A DNA stretch of 64,000 nucleotides from an uncultured virus (IMG/VR IMGVR_UViG_3300027969_000078) (taxonomy: Duplodnaviria > Heunggongvirae > Uroviricota > Caudoviricetes): IMG/VR virus record IMGVR_UViG_3300027969_000078; one strand, 5' to 3'. The notes below the pieces were generated by a model. That model ran no database searches. It had not been told where the DNA came from and saw nothing but the letters and a program-made list of their open reading frames with translations. Positions 18,360 through 27,282 of the stretch are shown here, piece after piece (within the stretch, counting starts at the first letter, position 1; the number at the start of each line of letters is the position of its first letter). The translations under genes were made by a program, and so were the position numbers.

Positions 18360-18705
18360 TTGGAAACGCCGAGAATCGTCCTTCTCGGCGTTTTTCCTTT
18401 GGTTTGGTATATGGTCCACCCCACTACCGAGGTGGACGAATCTCGGGTGCGGCTGGCTACCGCATTAACCCACCGTTAGATGGTGCTTTTTTCCCTGATT
18501 GCTTATCAGGCGCGGTGGCAAGCGACAACCACCGAGCAACATTGGTATTCCTAAAACGAATTGCCTAGGAACGCACTACCAAACTAATTTTGCACACGGC
18601 GCAATTGGACTTCGGTTCCCAAAATCTATACCAAAAACCTCAGGTGACGGATTTGGCTTGTTCGCAAGCCATTTTCTGACCACTTCCTAGGCTCTGGATT
18701 TGGCA
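18360..18705 (+). ncRNA. Candidate structured ncRNA or structured origin
   Basis: About 9 helices, an H-type pseudoknot and two UUCG tetraloops; no convincing ORF. Confidence 0.5.
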
Positions 18706-18707
18706 CA

Positions 18708-18854
18708 AAAAAGTTATCTTAAAGTTATCTAATTTTCATCTATTACAAAAAAGTTATCTAAAAGTTATACAACCAACACGGATAAGGTTTACATCTACCG
18801 ACAACAATATAGAATAGAACCATAACCTAATCAGGGGTTATGAAAGGAGGCAAA
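18708..18854 (+). promoter_or_regulatory. Repeated early promoter/leader, copy 3, with four AAAGTTAT repeats
   Basis: TTTACA(18788)-N16-TAGAAT; cataacct-AATCAG-gggttatg; GGAGGCAAA-ATG. Confidence 0.75.
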
Positions 18855-18986
18855 ATGGACTACCAAGATTGGTACTCAACATTTGTTGAGGCTCCACGCA
18901 CAGCGGTAAAGAAACCAGTTATCTGCAAAAAATGTGGCGCAATAATTCGTGTTACACAAAGCACTAATAAATTGTGCAAATGCTAA
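18855..18986 (+). CDS. 43-aa Cys-containing protein, stand-alone transcription unit
   Basis: MDYQDWYSTFVEAPRTAVKKPVICKKCGAIIRVTQSTNKLCKC; own promoter, RBS and terminator. Confidence 0.7.
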   Translation: MDYQDWYSTFVEAPRTAVKKPVICKKCGAIIRVTQSTNKLCKC

Positions 18987-18990
18987 TAGG

Positions 18991-19018
18991 AGCCCCCGCT
19001 TAGGCGGGGGTGTTCTAT
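18991..19018. terminator. GC-rich hairpin between convergent genes
   Basis: cccccgc-ttag-gcggggg. Confidence 0.65.
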
Positions 19019-19019
19019 G

Positions 19020-20033
19020 TCAGTCTACAAATACTTGGTACTGTGCTGTTACGCGACCTTTAACTGGATCAACAAAGTGCAATCGTTGAGATGGAACACC
19101 GCTAACTGCCATTGAATCTCGTGCATATCTATTATCTGATTCAATGGAACCAGTCCAGTAAATGTTACCTGTTTGATCTGACATTGGTTCTTGTGCAAAG
19201 CGGTGATAATGACCTAGATAAATGTCATCAAATCTCCACTTGTATGCGCCAGCCTTCCATCTATTTCCTGCGGCTTGCCAAGCAGATGGGCTTGCAAAAC
19301 CTGCGCGGCCTACTTCATCACCGTGCATAAGTAATGCGCGATAGTTGCCAATTTCAACTTGCTGGATATCTTCTGGACAATCGTTCCAAGTTAAGCGCTT
19401 TTCATTGGATAACATTTGTCGTGCAAATTCATAGCACATTCTGTCCACGTTATCACCTTTTGGAACGTGATCGCGTTTGCTACCAATACGACCGTGATTG
19501 CCCCATTCCGCAACGACAGTCACATTTTCGAAATTAGCCAAATACACGCGCACGAAATCAACGAGGAGAAAACTAACAGTAGTAAATTGTGTAAATAAGG
19601 ATGCATCTATTTCCCATAACTGTGCTGAGTAATTAAATAAACCTTCAACCATATCCCCGCCAAACATAATCGTGCAATCTTTGACTGGGTGGTCGTTGCG
19701 TTGTACATCTGTTATGCGTACCGATTTGTTGGCAAATTCCAACACGCGCTGGCGCATAATATCTGAGTTGTAAGATGTGGTTACCTTTGAACCTTGCCAA
19801 TCGGTTGCGTGAATAAGTGCAACTTCGGGTTTGGACTTACGCGCATCTTTTTTTGGTGGCTGCACCGGCAAAATAGGGGGTAATGCCATCACAGCATCAT
19901 ATGCACCGCGATAAGTTGCTTCGGATAGGTCTGCGTTGCGTTGTTTTGCTTCCGCTAACTGGCGCTGAGTACGCGATAAGACTTGGCGTAACTGTTCAGA
20001 GTTATGTTCTTCGTTAATCGCGTCGCTTAGCAC
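19020..20033 (-). CDS. Calcineurin-like metallophosphoesterase with N-terminal coiled coil
   Basis: TDWQG, GDMVEG, GNHGR, HGD and GHYH motifs. Confidence 0.85.
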   Translation of the reverse strand: MLSDAINEEHNSEQLRQVLSRTQRQLAEAKQRNADLSEATYRGAYDAVMALPPILPVQPPKKDARKSKPEVALIHATDWQGSKVTTSYNSDIMRQRVLEFANKSVRITDVQRNDHPVKDCTIMFGGDMVEGLFNYSAQLWEIDASLFTQFTTVSFLLVDFVRVYLANFENVTVVAEWGNHGRIGSKRDHVPKGDNVDRMCYEFARQMLSNEKRLTWNDCPEDIQQVEIGNYRALLMHGDEVGRAGFASPSAWQAAGNRWKAGAYKWRFDDIYLGHYHRFAQEPMSDQTGNIYWTGSIESDNRYARDSMAVSGVPSQRLHFVDPVKGRVTAQYQVFVD

Positions 20034-20265
20034 AAGTGTGGCACCCTCCGTTGCGATGGCGCGTAATCGTGCTTACTGTTACATCTATTTTTTCCTTCTT
20101 GAATGCACGACCCAATACGCTTGCTTTAATGTTGCGATCATATAAGGCAGCCTCGGCAATTTGTTTGTCCTCTGTGTTTAACAAATCAAATGCCTTGCTC
20201 ACACTACATATAGAAGTGGACGGCGCTATAGCCGCTTCCGTCTTTATCGTATCCGATAAACCCAT
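20014..20265 (-). CDS. Small HTH-like protein
   Basis: STITRHRNGGCHTC; precedes the phosphoesterase. Confidence 0.5.
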   Translation of the reverse strand: MGLSDTIKTEAAIAPSTSICSVSKAFDLLNTEDKQIAEAALYDRNIKASVLGRAFKKEKIDVTVSTITRHRNGGCHTCAKRRD

Positions 20266-20350
20266 ACCCGTACCTTCCGTTAGAGTAGTAAAAGGATACA
20301 ACAAAAAACCCCCCACCGTGTAAGGTGAGGGGTAATTTGTGCGTGTTGAG

Positions 20351-20557
20351 TTACTTCTTAAGGAACGTCATTTCATCTTTAGGGTTAGCCCACTTGATAA
20401 TTACAGGAACAAGTGAGATCCAAACTGCGTTTACAGTCTGCTTCCAATCCTGAGCCGAGAAATCTAATGGCGATTTTCCAATAATGCCAATAGCCATAAT
20501 TCCGCTATAGACAAGGTACTTTCCCCATACTTCAAACAGTTTTAAGTTCAACTTCAT
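20351..20557 (-). CDS. Putative holin
   Basis: Two hydrophobic segments; adjacent to the endolysin. Confidence 0.55.
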   Translation of the reverse strand: MKLNLKLFEVWGKYLVYSGIMAIGIIGKSPLDFSAQDWKQTVNAVWISLVPVIIKWANPKDEMTFLKK

Positions 20558-21015
20558 TTTAGTCCTAACTTTTTTATTCGTAGTTTTACTTGCTCTGGTG
20601 TTTCTATGACCTCAAAGTGCATTTCATCGGGGCGTGAGGCATAGGAACCACCCCAACGCAAGCCGTACTTCTTTACCAATTCTTTTAGTGCAATTTCTTT
20701 AATCGGGTCAAATGTGCCTTTTTTGCCTAAAGGATGTTTGAGAGAATTAAGGTCTATTGCGGTTCCCGATGCGTGATTTGATAAACCTGTGGTCTGTCCT
20801 CGTACTGGTCTATAGGCATATGACCAGTCATCAAATGTTTTGCCTTCTAATTTTTCAATCTTTTCGTTAAATTCAGATGCAAATGCGGCAAGAATTACAC
20901 CCGCGCTTGCTTCACAACGCAGGGTAATGTCCGTACCCTTGATAGGGAAACCTTTGATTTTGATTTCGTTAGGGTCTTTGCTAGCAACCCAACCATTTTG
21001 GCTTTTTTCTATCAT
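20554..21015 (-). CDS. M15-family peptidase endolysin
   Basis: R...SNHASGTAIDLN...WGG...DEMHFE. Confidence 0.9.
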   Translation of the reverse strand: MIEKSQNGWVASKDPNEIKIKGFPIKGTDITLRCEASAGVILAAFASEFNEKIEKLEGKTFDDWSYAYRPVRGQTTGLSNHASGTAIDLNSLKHPLGKKGTFDPIKEIALKELVKKYGLRWGGSYASRPDEMHFEVIETPEQVKLRIKKLGLK

Positions 21016-21215
21016 TTTTTAACCAATTCCACTACCAAATCTTTTATGATTGCAACTTCGTGTTTTAAGCCAGTAAGTTCGTCTCTCATACTGCTGCCGC
21101 CATTAGGTTTAAGTTCATTAAGATAGTGCTTAACCAACCATCTTACGGATGTAGCAAATGCACTGATAATTGCTAAGACGGATACGATAAGACTTGCCCA
21201 GTTTTGTGCAGACAC
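21012..21215 (-). CDS. Small membrane protein of the lysis cassette
   Basis: N-terminal TM segment; LKPNGGSSMRD. Confidence 0.6.
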   Translation of the reverse strand: MSAQNWASLIVSVLAIISAFATSVRWLVKHYLNELKPNGGSSMRDELTGLKHEVAIIKDLVVELVKK

Positions 21216-21230
21216 AATTGCACCTTTCGG

Positions 21231-22706
21231 TTATGAGTTAGTGGCTAGTTTTTGTTCTAATTCTTCAACTTTGGCGGTAAGTTCCTTAATTGCTAAAGTC
21301 AAAAATACAGTTAAACGGTCATAAGACAATGAAAAAGGATCTCCCAACGGGTCAAGAATTACCGTTTTTTCTAGACCGCCACCAATATCATTTATGTCCT
21401 CAGCAAGAAATCCAATTTGCGTTTCGTTAGGTTCACCTTCTATTACAAAGTCGTCATCAGTTTTGTAAGTAATTGGTTTCATTGCCAATACTTTATCCAG
21501 CCAACCAGTTGTATTTATGTATTCAACATCCTGCTTAAATCTTTCTGAAGATGTTGTATATGCAACGCGTGAACTTGAGGTTACAACTACCATTGTTGAG
21601 CCTGAACCAGTAGCAATTCCAGGATAGACAATTGTATTTCTTTGGTCTAATTGCCCGTCAATACGCATTGCTGCAAAAGCGCGAGTATCCCCTGTAATGT
21701 TATTTGTACCAGTTGAGTTGGCAGAAAAACCTGAACCAGCGGAACCAGTAAGGGTTGCTGCTGAACCAGTTAATCTTGATTGCGGGTATCCGCTTACATC
21801 TGGGCTGGAACCGTAATTTAAGACAATGCCAGCGGTTCCAATACTTGAAACCCACCCCGCGTAAGATCCGCTACTTTTAAATCCAAGGGCATTTTGCGAA
21901 CCAACCATTGCAACTGAAGAACTACCTGTACTTGTTTGAACAACGCCACCAGTAATTGTGCTACCTGTAATTGCTCCACCAGTAATAGTTCCAGTACCTA
22001 CGCCAGTCAAGCCTGTGGCGCCAATAGACCAGCCATCAGTTAAAGTTGCGCCTGAACCTGTGCCAAAGTAGCCAGCATCGGCTCTAATGCTTCCTGTAAA
22101 TGTTCCAGAGTCAGCCGTAATGTTGCCCTTGATGTAAGCGCCTTGTGCTGATAAATAGCCAGTTGAACTTACAGTAAATATCTGCGATCCAGAACCCGCA
22201 TTAATTGTAATTGCATCCAATGTACCAGTTGTAATTGAACCAGCATCAATGTTTGCAATTATTAAGCCCGATACTGTGACGGAATTCCAAGTTGTGCCAC
22301 CAGCACCCGACCATTGTGCAATAACTTTATTGACATAAGGTGCCGAGGTTCCATATTGGTACCAAATATCGCCCGCTTGATTTGCGGTTGAACCTGGAGT
22401 TGATGTTGAATACCAAACTTTGCTTTTGCCATCAGCAGATGTTTGCGCTGTGGTGGCCTGAGTTGAAGCAATGGTTGCTTGTGACTGAGCAATAGTTGCC
22501 TGAGATGCCGCGTTATTGGCTGCAACCCCAGCATTAATTGCTTGTACTTGAGCCTCGTTTGCAACCGATTGCGAGTACAACGCCATATCTTGTGCTGATT
22601 CCGCATAATACATAGCCTGATCTGGTTGCGTTTCCAGTTTAGCCAAGCGGTCAGTAATGCTGTAGAAAATGTCTTTAAGATTAGGCGGTAAATTAACAAA
22701 CGCCAT
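21231..22706 (-). CDS. Tail fibre/spike with C-terminal S74 intramolecular chaperone
   Basis: G/T-rich beta repeats; SSERFKQDV...GFLAEDI...LAIKEL. Confidence 0.85.
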   Translation of the reverse strand: MAFVNLPPNLKDIFYSITDRLAKLETQPDQAMYYAESAQDMALYSQSVANEAQVQAINAGVAANNAASQATIAQSQATIASTQATTAQTSADGKSKVWYSTSTPGSTANQAGDIWYQYGTSAPYVNKVIAQWSGAGGTTWNSVTVSGLIIANIDAGSITTGTLDAITINAGSGSQIFTVSSTGYLSAQGAYIKGNITADSGTFTGSIRADAGYFGTGSGATLTDGWSIGATGLTGVGTGTITGGAITGSTITGGVVQTSTGSSSVAMVGSQNALGFKSSGSYAGWVSSIGTAGIVLNYGSSPDVSGYPQSRLTGSAATLTGSAGSGFSANSTGTNNITGDTRAFAAMRIDGQLDQRNTIVYPGIATGSGSTMVVVTSSSRVAYTTSSERFKQDVEYINTTGWLDKVLAMKPITYKTDDDFVIEGEPNETQIGFLAEDINDIGGGLEKTVILDPLGDPFSLSYDRLTVFLTLAIKELTAKVEELEQKLATNS

Positions 22707-24052
22707 TATGAAACCTGCCCATCCGCTAATTGTCTAGTCAATGTGACTGTAATTCTTGATGGACCATTTTCTCCTGGGTTCACGCTTATTGCAACAATGC
22801 GCATAATGTCTGTGTAGCCAAAAGGAAAAAAGTCGTCACGAATTTCAATACGCGCTTGATCTCCAACTTCATAGTCCGTGTAGTAAGGGTCTACATAAGG
22901 CGGTAAAACAATTTCAAGAGTTGTTGGTGGATAGGATGTGGCATTTAATTGACCTTTTGTAAGGTCTTTTAGTAGTTGCTGGTCTGGTATGTCCGTATAA
23001 CTAGCCGTGTCCTCTAACAATGGCCACGTTCCCGTGGGTCCAATAAGTGCTGGATCAATTGCTGTCGCTCTCAGGCTTTTATTGTTGGAACCATAACCTA
23101 AACCATACAACCTGTTTACTGCGCCACTTGCATCCTCTGGAAATTTGTATTCAACAACATTCCCTGGGAATTGAAATACTGTTGCTGTAGGTGATGTTGG
23201 TGAATAATCGGTACCTATACCAATTTCAAAGCGGTTATACAAAGCGCCTGAGGTTGTATTCCAGTAAGGTTGAATTCTAAAGTCAAAAAATCTTGCCGAT
23301 AAATCCTTAATTGCTTGATAAACAGGCTTAAGTTCGTAACCTTGATATTCCATTTTTGTGGAATATATTGAGGTTCCATTGTTGTACCTTAACCCCGTCT
23401 TTCCGTGTGGTGTTAGTGCTTCCGCGTATTGCATAAGTTGAGTAGCAATAACAGCAGGGTCGGTAAATGTGGCATAGACCTTATTTGTACTTATGCGCCT
23501 ACGCCCATAAAGAGACAACATCTCCGATGCCGCTATACCAAGACTTTGGTTTGATGAATCGTATTCACGCGCCCAGATAACTCCAGACCACACGGGAATA
23601 GCCGTCGCCGCCGATGGGTCGGTATAAATTACCCACAAAACAGTTTTACCAGGAATGGTGGCATCAAATGCATTGGCAGTATAAGCGTTAATTCCAGAGA
23701 GCAAAACGTGACCTTGAAAGTTTCCTACAGAGTTAAGTTGCGAACTAAAATTGACACCAGTAAAAGGCAATTCCGCAATAACTGGATTATCTTTATATGC
23801 CAAGCCGCCTGATGAATAAGTGCCAGTAGTTGTTTTGCTAATTCTAAATGTTGTGCTTGTCCGTGCGGTAACTACTACATCGGTGGCATTAAATTGTGAG
23901 GGCGATATGCCTGAAATAGTAACAACATCGCCCACCACAAAACTGTTTGTAGCCGTATAAGTTATGGTGGTGGATGTTCTAGTTGCACCAGTAATTGTAT
24001 AAGTAGGCTGGTAAAGGTTAGTTAGTAGGTATCTAAACTCAGCAATAGCCAT
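22706..24052 (-). CDS. Minor tail (Tal/ReqiPepy6 gp37-like) protein
   Basis: IAELPFTGVNFS...VWSGVIWAREYD; follows Dit. Confidence 0.7.
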   Translation of the reverse strand: MAIAEFRYLLTNLYQPTYTITGATRTSTTITYTATNSFVVGDVVTISGISPSQFNATDVVVTARTSTTFRISKTTTGTYSSGGLAYKDNPVIAELPFTGVNFSSQLNSVGNFQGHVLLSGINAYTANAFDATIPGKTVLWVIYTDPSAATAIPVWSGVIWAREYDSSNQSLGIAASEMLSLYGRRRISTNKVYATFTDPAVIATQLMQYAEALTPHGKTGLRYNNGTSIYSTKMEYQGYELKPVYQAIKDLSARFFDFRIQPYWNTTSGALYNRFEIGIGTDYSPTSPTATVFQFPGNVVEYKFPEDASGAVNRLYGLGYGSNNKSLRATAIDPALIGPTGTWPLLEDTASYTDIPDQQLLKDLTKGQLNATSYPPTTLEIVLPPYVDPYYTDYEVGDQARIEIRDDFFPFGYTDIMRIVAISVNPGENGPSRITVTLTRQLADGQVS

Positions 24053-24846
24053 TAGATATACGCGCTCCGATAAGTAATAGACATTGAACCCATTGTGCTT
24101 GCCCAACTACTAATTGAATCGGGTTCTAGACTTAACCATCCATTAGATGCTGCCGTCATTGCATTTCTATTAGGAAAACCATTGTCATAGATAACGCGAG
24201 TCAGCAAGTCAATTGTAAGCAAGCCGCCTGATAGGTTAGCAAATTCCATTGTAATTGTTCCATCAGAAATTGTGCCAGATGTGCTAGGCGAAACAATATA
24301 AATAACTGGGCAGGATGTAGCCCAACCATTGTTTGTGAGTGTTACACCAGCGCCAGTAACCGTTGTACCAATGTCTGTGTAATATCTTGGGTCGGGGAAA
24401 GATAACATAATGCGCGTTTGGATATATCCATAAGTAAAGTCCGCGTCAATGGGTGTAACAAGTCCACGAGAACGACCATACATACGCATATCGCCCGTGT
24501 TGGCATTTAAGCGATACTGAAATAGTTTTAGTTCATTTTGCGCTGGCGTATAGCCCGTGGGGTTTGGGTAGTATCCAATAGGTTGCGGTGCAAAAGCGGC
24601 TTGCAAATCCTTGTAGTTTGATTGCGCCGTTGCTGTAGAACTACCTAAGATTGTAATGTCAAGATACACAGTACGCTCGTCATAGAAATCGCGACCAGTA
24701 TATGAGCCATCAATGTAACCACGGTTGTCGTCCTGAATACGAAGGGGTGAGGTTCCACCCAAGCCCTCTACGTTAGTTACAAGATAAGGTGTTCCTGTGC
24801 CAATTGTAAGACCGTTAAAGACAAACTGATAGTTACTTAGTGTCAT
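24052..24846 (-). CDS. Distal tail protein (Dit)
   Basis: Follows TMP; FNGLTIG...DGSYTGRDFYDER...PDPRYY. Confidence 0.7.
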   Translation of the reverse strand: MTLSNYQFVFNGLTIGTGTPYLVTNVEGLGGTSPLRIQDDNRGYIDGSYTGRDFYDERTVYLDITILGSSTATAQSNYKDLQAAFAPQPIGYYPNPTGYTPAQNELKLFQYRLNANTGDMRMYGRSRGLVTPIDADFTYGYIQTRIMLSFPDPRYYTDIGTTVTGAGVTLTNNGWATSCPVIYIVSPSTSGTISDGTITMEFANLSGGLLTIDLLTRVIYDNGFPNRNAMTAASNGWLSLEPDSISSWASTMGSMSITYRSAYI

Positions 24847-26261
24847 TATTTAGTCCCTACTGGTACGCCATTTTTAGCGGCTTTAGCCATCTTTCGTTCA
24901 ATATCATTTGTGTTGGAAGCATACACCGTGACGTTTTGAATTGTGGTTGTACCGCCACCACCACCTGTTGTGGGCGTACCTGCGCCCGCTACGATTCCAG
25001 TCTCTTTTCCTGGTGCCACAAAACCTGCCAAACTTGGCGTTTTAATTTTTTTATCAGCAAGACTGTCCAACGATTTGGAAAACTCGCCAATAGATACGGC
25101 AAACTTATCAACGCCATCAGCCATACCTTTCAGAAATCCCATTCCTGGAATATAGGACATTGCTCGCATAAGTTTAGCAATTCCGCCTATAAGGTAACCA
25201 AATCCCTTAACGATCATTTGAATTCCAGTTACAATTCCCTTACGGAACCAGTCAAATTTATTCCACGCCGCCACAAATGCTGCACCTAGTATTACAAGAA
25301 GTCCTACAAAAAACATAATAGGGTTTGCTCTTATTGCAGCATTAAGTCCGTGCATAGCAAATGTAAATACGCTGGTTGATGCGGCTTGCGCGTATGTCCA
25401 AAATGCATATGCTTGTTGAACTGCCTTGACCGCTGCTGTCACCATTGCATAAGTTTTAAGAATACCCATAACTGTGAGCACAATTCCGCCAAAAACCAAT
25501 AGCGCAGTACCATTTGTGCTGATATATCCTATGAACGCGGAAAGTATTGGAAGAACATACATACCTATTGTTTCAAATAAGTTGCCCATCTTTTCTTTAA
25601 GTACGGCTACGCGGCCAGAAAAAGTCTCGGTGTATGCAATAGCCGAGCCGCCAATTTTCGCATTTAATTCATCAAACGCTTTGGCTATTGCTTTATTCTT
25701 AGGCAGGTTTTCATCAAGGGAAATGCCCATTTGCTTAAATGCTTTAGCGTTACCCATTGTGGCGCGCTGTAAAATTTGCGCTGCCGAACCAATACCAATT
25801 TGCTTATGTCTTGCAAAATCCGCCGACATAGCCAATAATTTTTGTGATTGCTCTACATCACCAGTAGCGGTGACCAAAGTTCCCATAGCGTTAATGACTT
25901 CGGAACCTTGAAAGCCTAACTGATAAAACGAATCTGCTGCGGCTAGGATGTCGCCTTGGGCTTTTGAACTTGTAACACCTACGTTGCTTAAAGCCATATT
26001 TAATCTTGTGGTTTCTACCTCAAGTTGTTTGACTTCGTTTTTGGCGCCATTGATTTCATTAACAAAAGTCATAATGCCAGTTGTTAAAAGATTTCCACCA
26101 AGTACACCAAGGATTGTGGTCTTTAGGCTTCCCAGCGAACCTTGCAATTTGCTTGCTTGCGAGCCAATTTTTGCAAGACCTTGATTTGCTTTAGCAACAC
26201 CAGATGCCACGCCAGAAGCATCAACCTGTACTTGCACACTTAATGGTGGAATCTCACTCAT
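24846..26261 (-). CDS. Tape measure protein (short, 471 aa)
   Basis: Ala/Gly-rich helical protein with TM-like segments and ANPI motif; follows the chaperones. Confidence 0.85.
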   Translation of the reverse strand: MSEIPPLSVQVQVDASGVASGVAKANQGLAKIGSQASKLQGSLGSLKTTILGVLGGNLLTTGIMTFVNEINGAKNEVKQLEVETTRLNMALSNVGVTSSKAQGDILAAADSFYQLGFQGSEVINAMGTLVTATGDVEQSQKLLAMSADFARHKQIGIGSAAQILQRATMGNAKAFKQMGISLDENLPKNKAIAKAFDELNAKIGGSAIAYTETFSGRVAVLKEKMGNLFETIGMYVLPILSAFIGYISTNGTALLVFGGIVLTVMGILKTYAMVTAAVKAVQQAYAFWTYAQAASTSVFTFAMHGLNAAIRANPIMFFVGLLVILGAAFVAAWNKFDWFRKGIVTGIQMIVKGFGYLIGGIAKLMRAMSYIPGMGFLKGMADGVDKFAVSIGEFSKSLDSLADKKIKTPSLAGFVAPGKETGIVAGAGTPTTGGGGGTTTIQNVTVYASNTNDIERKMAKAAKNGVPVGTK

Positions 26262-26686
26262 TATGCTCTCCTTAGGTGTTTAGCAATAATTTGCTGAATA
26301 ATGTTGCTTTTTCTAAATTGTTCTAATGCTGGCTGCATATAAGGAAAATGTTGCCCGTTCGTCCAAGTAGGCGCGCCACCCAATTCAACGGCTCTTGCAT
26401 AGACCATATACGCACCAGCCTCGGCAACATAAATACCAAAGCCGACTCGGTGACTTGAACCCCGAATACTACGGCGCAAGTTACCAGTAACGTTCATTGG
26501 CGGAAAACCCGATGCCGCAGGATAACCCACAGACTTACGATCACCTTTAATTTGTCTCATTGCAGTACCAGCAAGTTGCTGACCTATTTCGGCAGCAGCA
26601 ATACCAAGGACAATGTCTGCCTTTTGTTGGTACAAAGTCAAGGCTGCGGTAACTTCTGGCAAGTTATTTGTTACGCGCATTTTCAA
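26261..26686 (-). CDS. HK97 gp10-like tail completion protein
   Basis: TGNLRRSI...YARAVELG...PYMQPA. Confidence 0.75.
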   Translation of the reverse strand: MKMRVTNNLPEVTAALTLYQQKADIVLGIAAAEIGQQLAGTAMRQIKGDRKSVGYPAASGFPPMNVTGNLRRSIRGSSHRVGFGIYVAEAGAYMVYARAVELGGAPTWTNGQHFPYMQPALEQFRKSNIIQQIIAKHLRRA

Positions 26687-27199
26687 CCTCCACTACAATG
26701 TTGTTAATTGCTAAGACCCACGCAACTTTTTGCGCAGGTTGATTATCTACTTCTTCGGGTGTCCAACCAAATTCTTTTGCACATACATAGTATTCCCAAT
26801 GGTCATCGGGATATAGCATATCTTCGTGCCGCGAACTACCAAGCAATACATCTTTTAGTCGCTGGAGTTGGCGATATCTACTTTTGGGTCGTTTGCACTT
26901 CCTTCGGCCATATCAGGGAACAAGTAGTCCTGCGCTGACTTGGTTTCCTCAACCAGCACATTAAAGTCTTTTGGCGTGAGTTCTTCAAGCGATGCAATTC
27001 TAATTGCTGGCGGGATTAGATCAAACGACCATTCAACTATCATTACCGACAACAACCCGTTAATTAACGCAACGGCTTGCATCATTCCTTCTTCGTCTCC
27101 TGCCGCTTTAATGACTTTATTGCGGTCCTTAATAAGCAAGGTTGCAGGGTCGCGTAACTTGACTGTGGCTCCACTTGGGAGTGTAATTATTCTTGACAT
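26664..27199 (-). CDS. Tail assembly chaperones G (26855-27199) and GT via -1 frameshift
   Basis: Slippery C CCA AAA at 26888-26882; the -1 frame continues into ...LLGSSRHED...FGWTPEEVD. Confidence 0.8.
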
Positions 27200-27282
27200 T
27201 GGTTCCTTCCATCTGCCTTCGTTGGGTTTGGGTTGAACTGGGGTAGGGGAAGGCGGCCTACCCCAGCCAACATTGTCTCAGG

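Noticed and set aside
18400..18520. Hammerhead or HDV/theta ribozyme
   Set aside because: No CUGAnGA/GAAA core, and I could not build the nested double pseudoknot by eye; needs cmscan
18499..18690. 63-aa + strand ORF in the structured region
   Set aside because: Weak start with no RBS; dense base-pairing explains the sequence better
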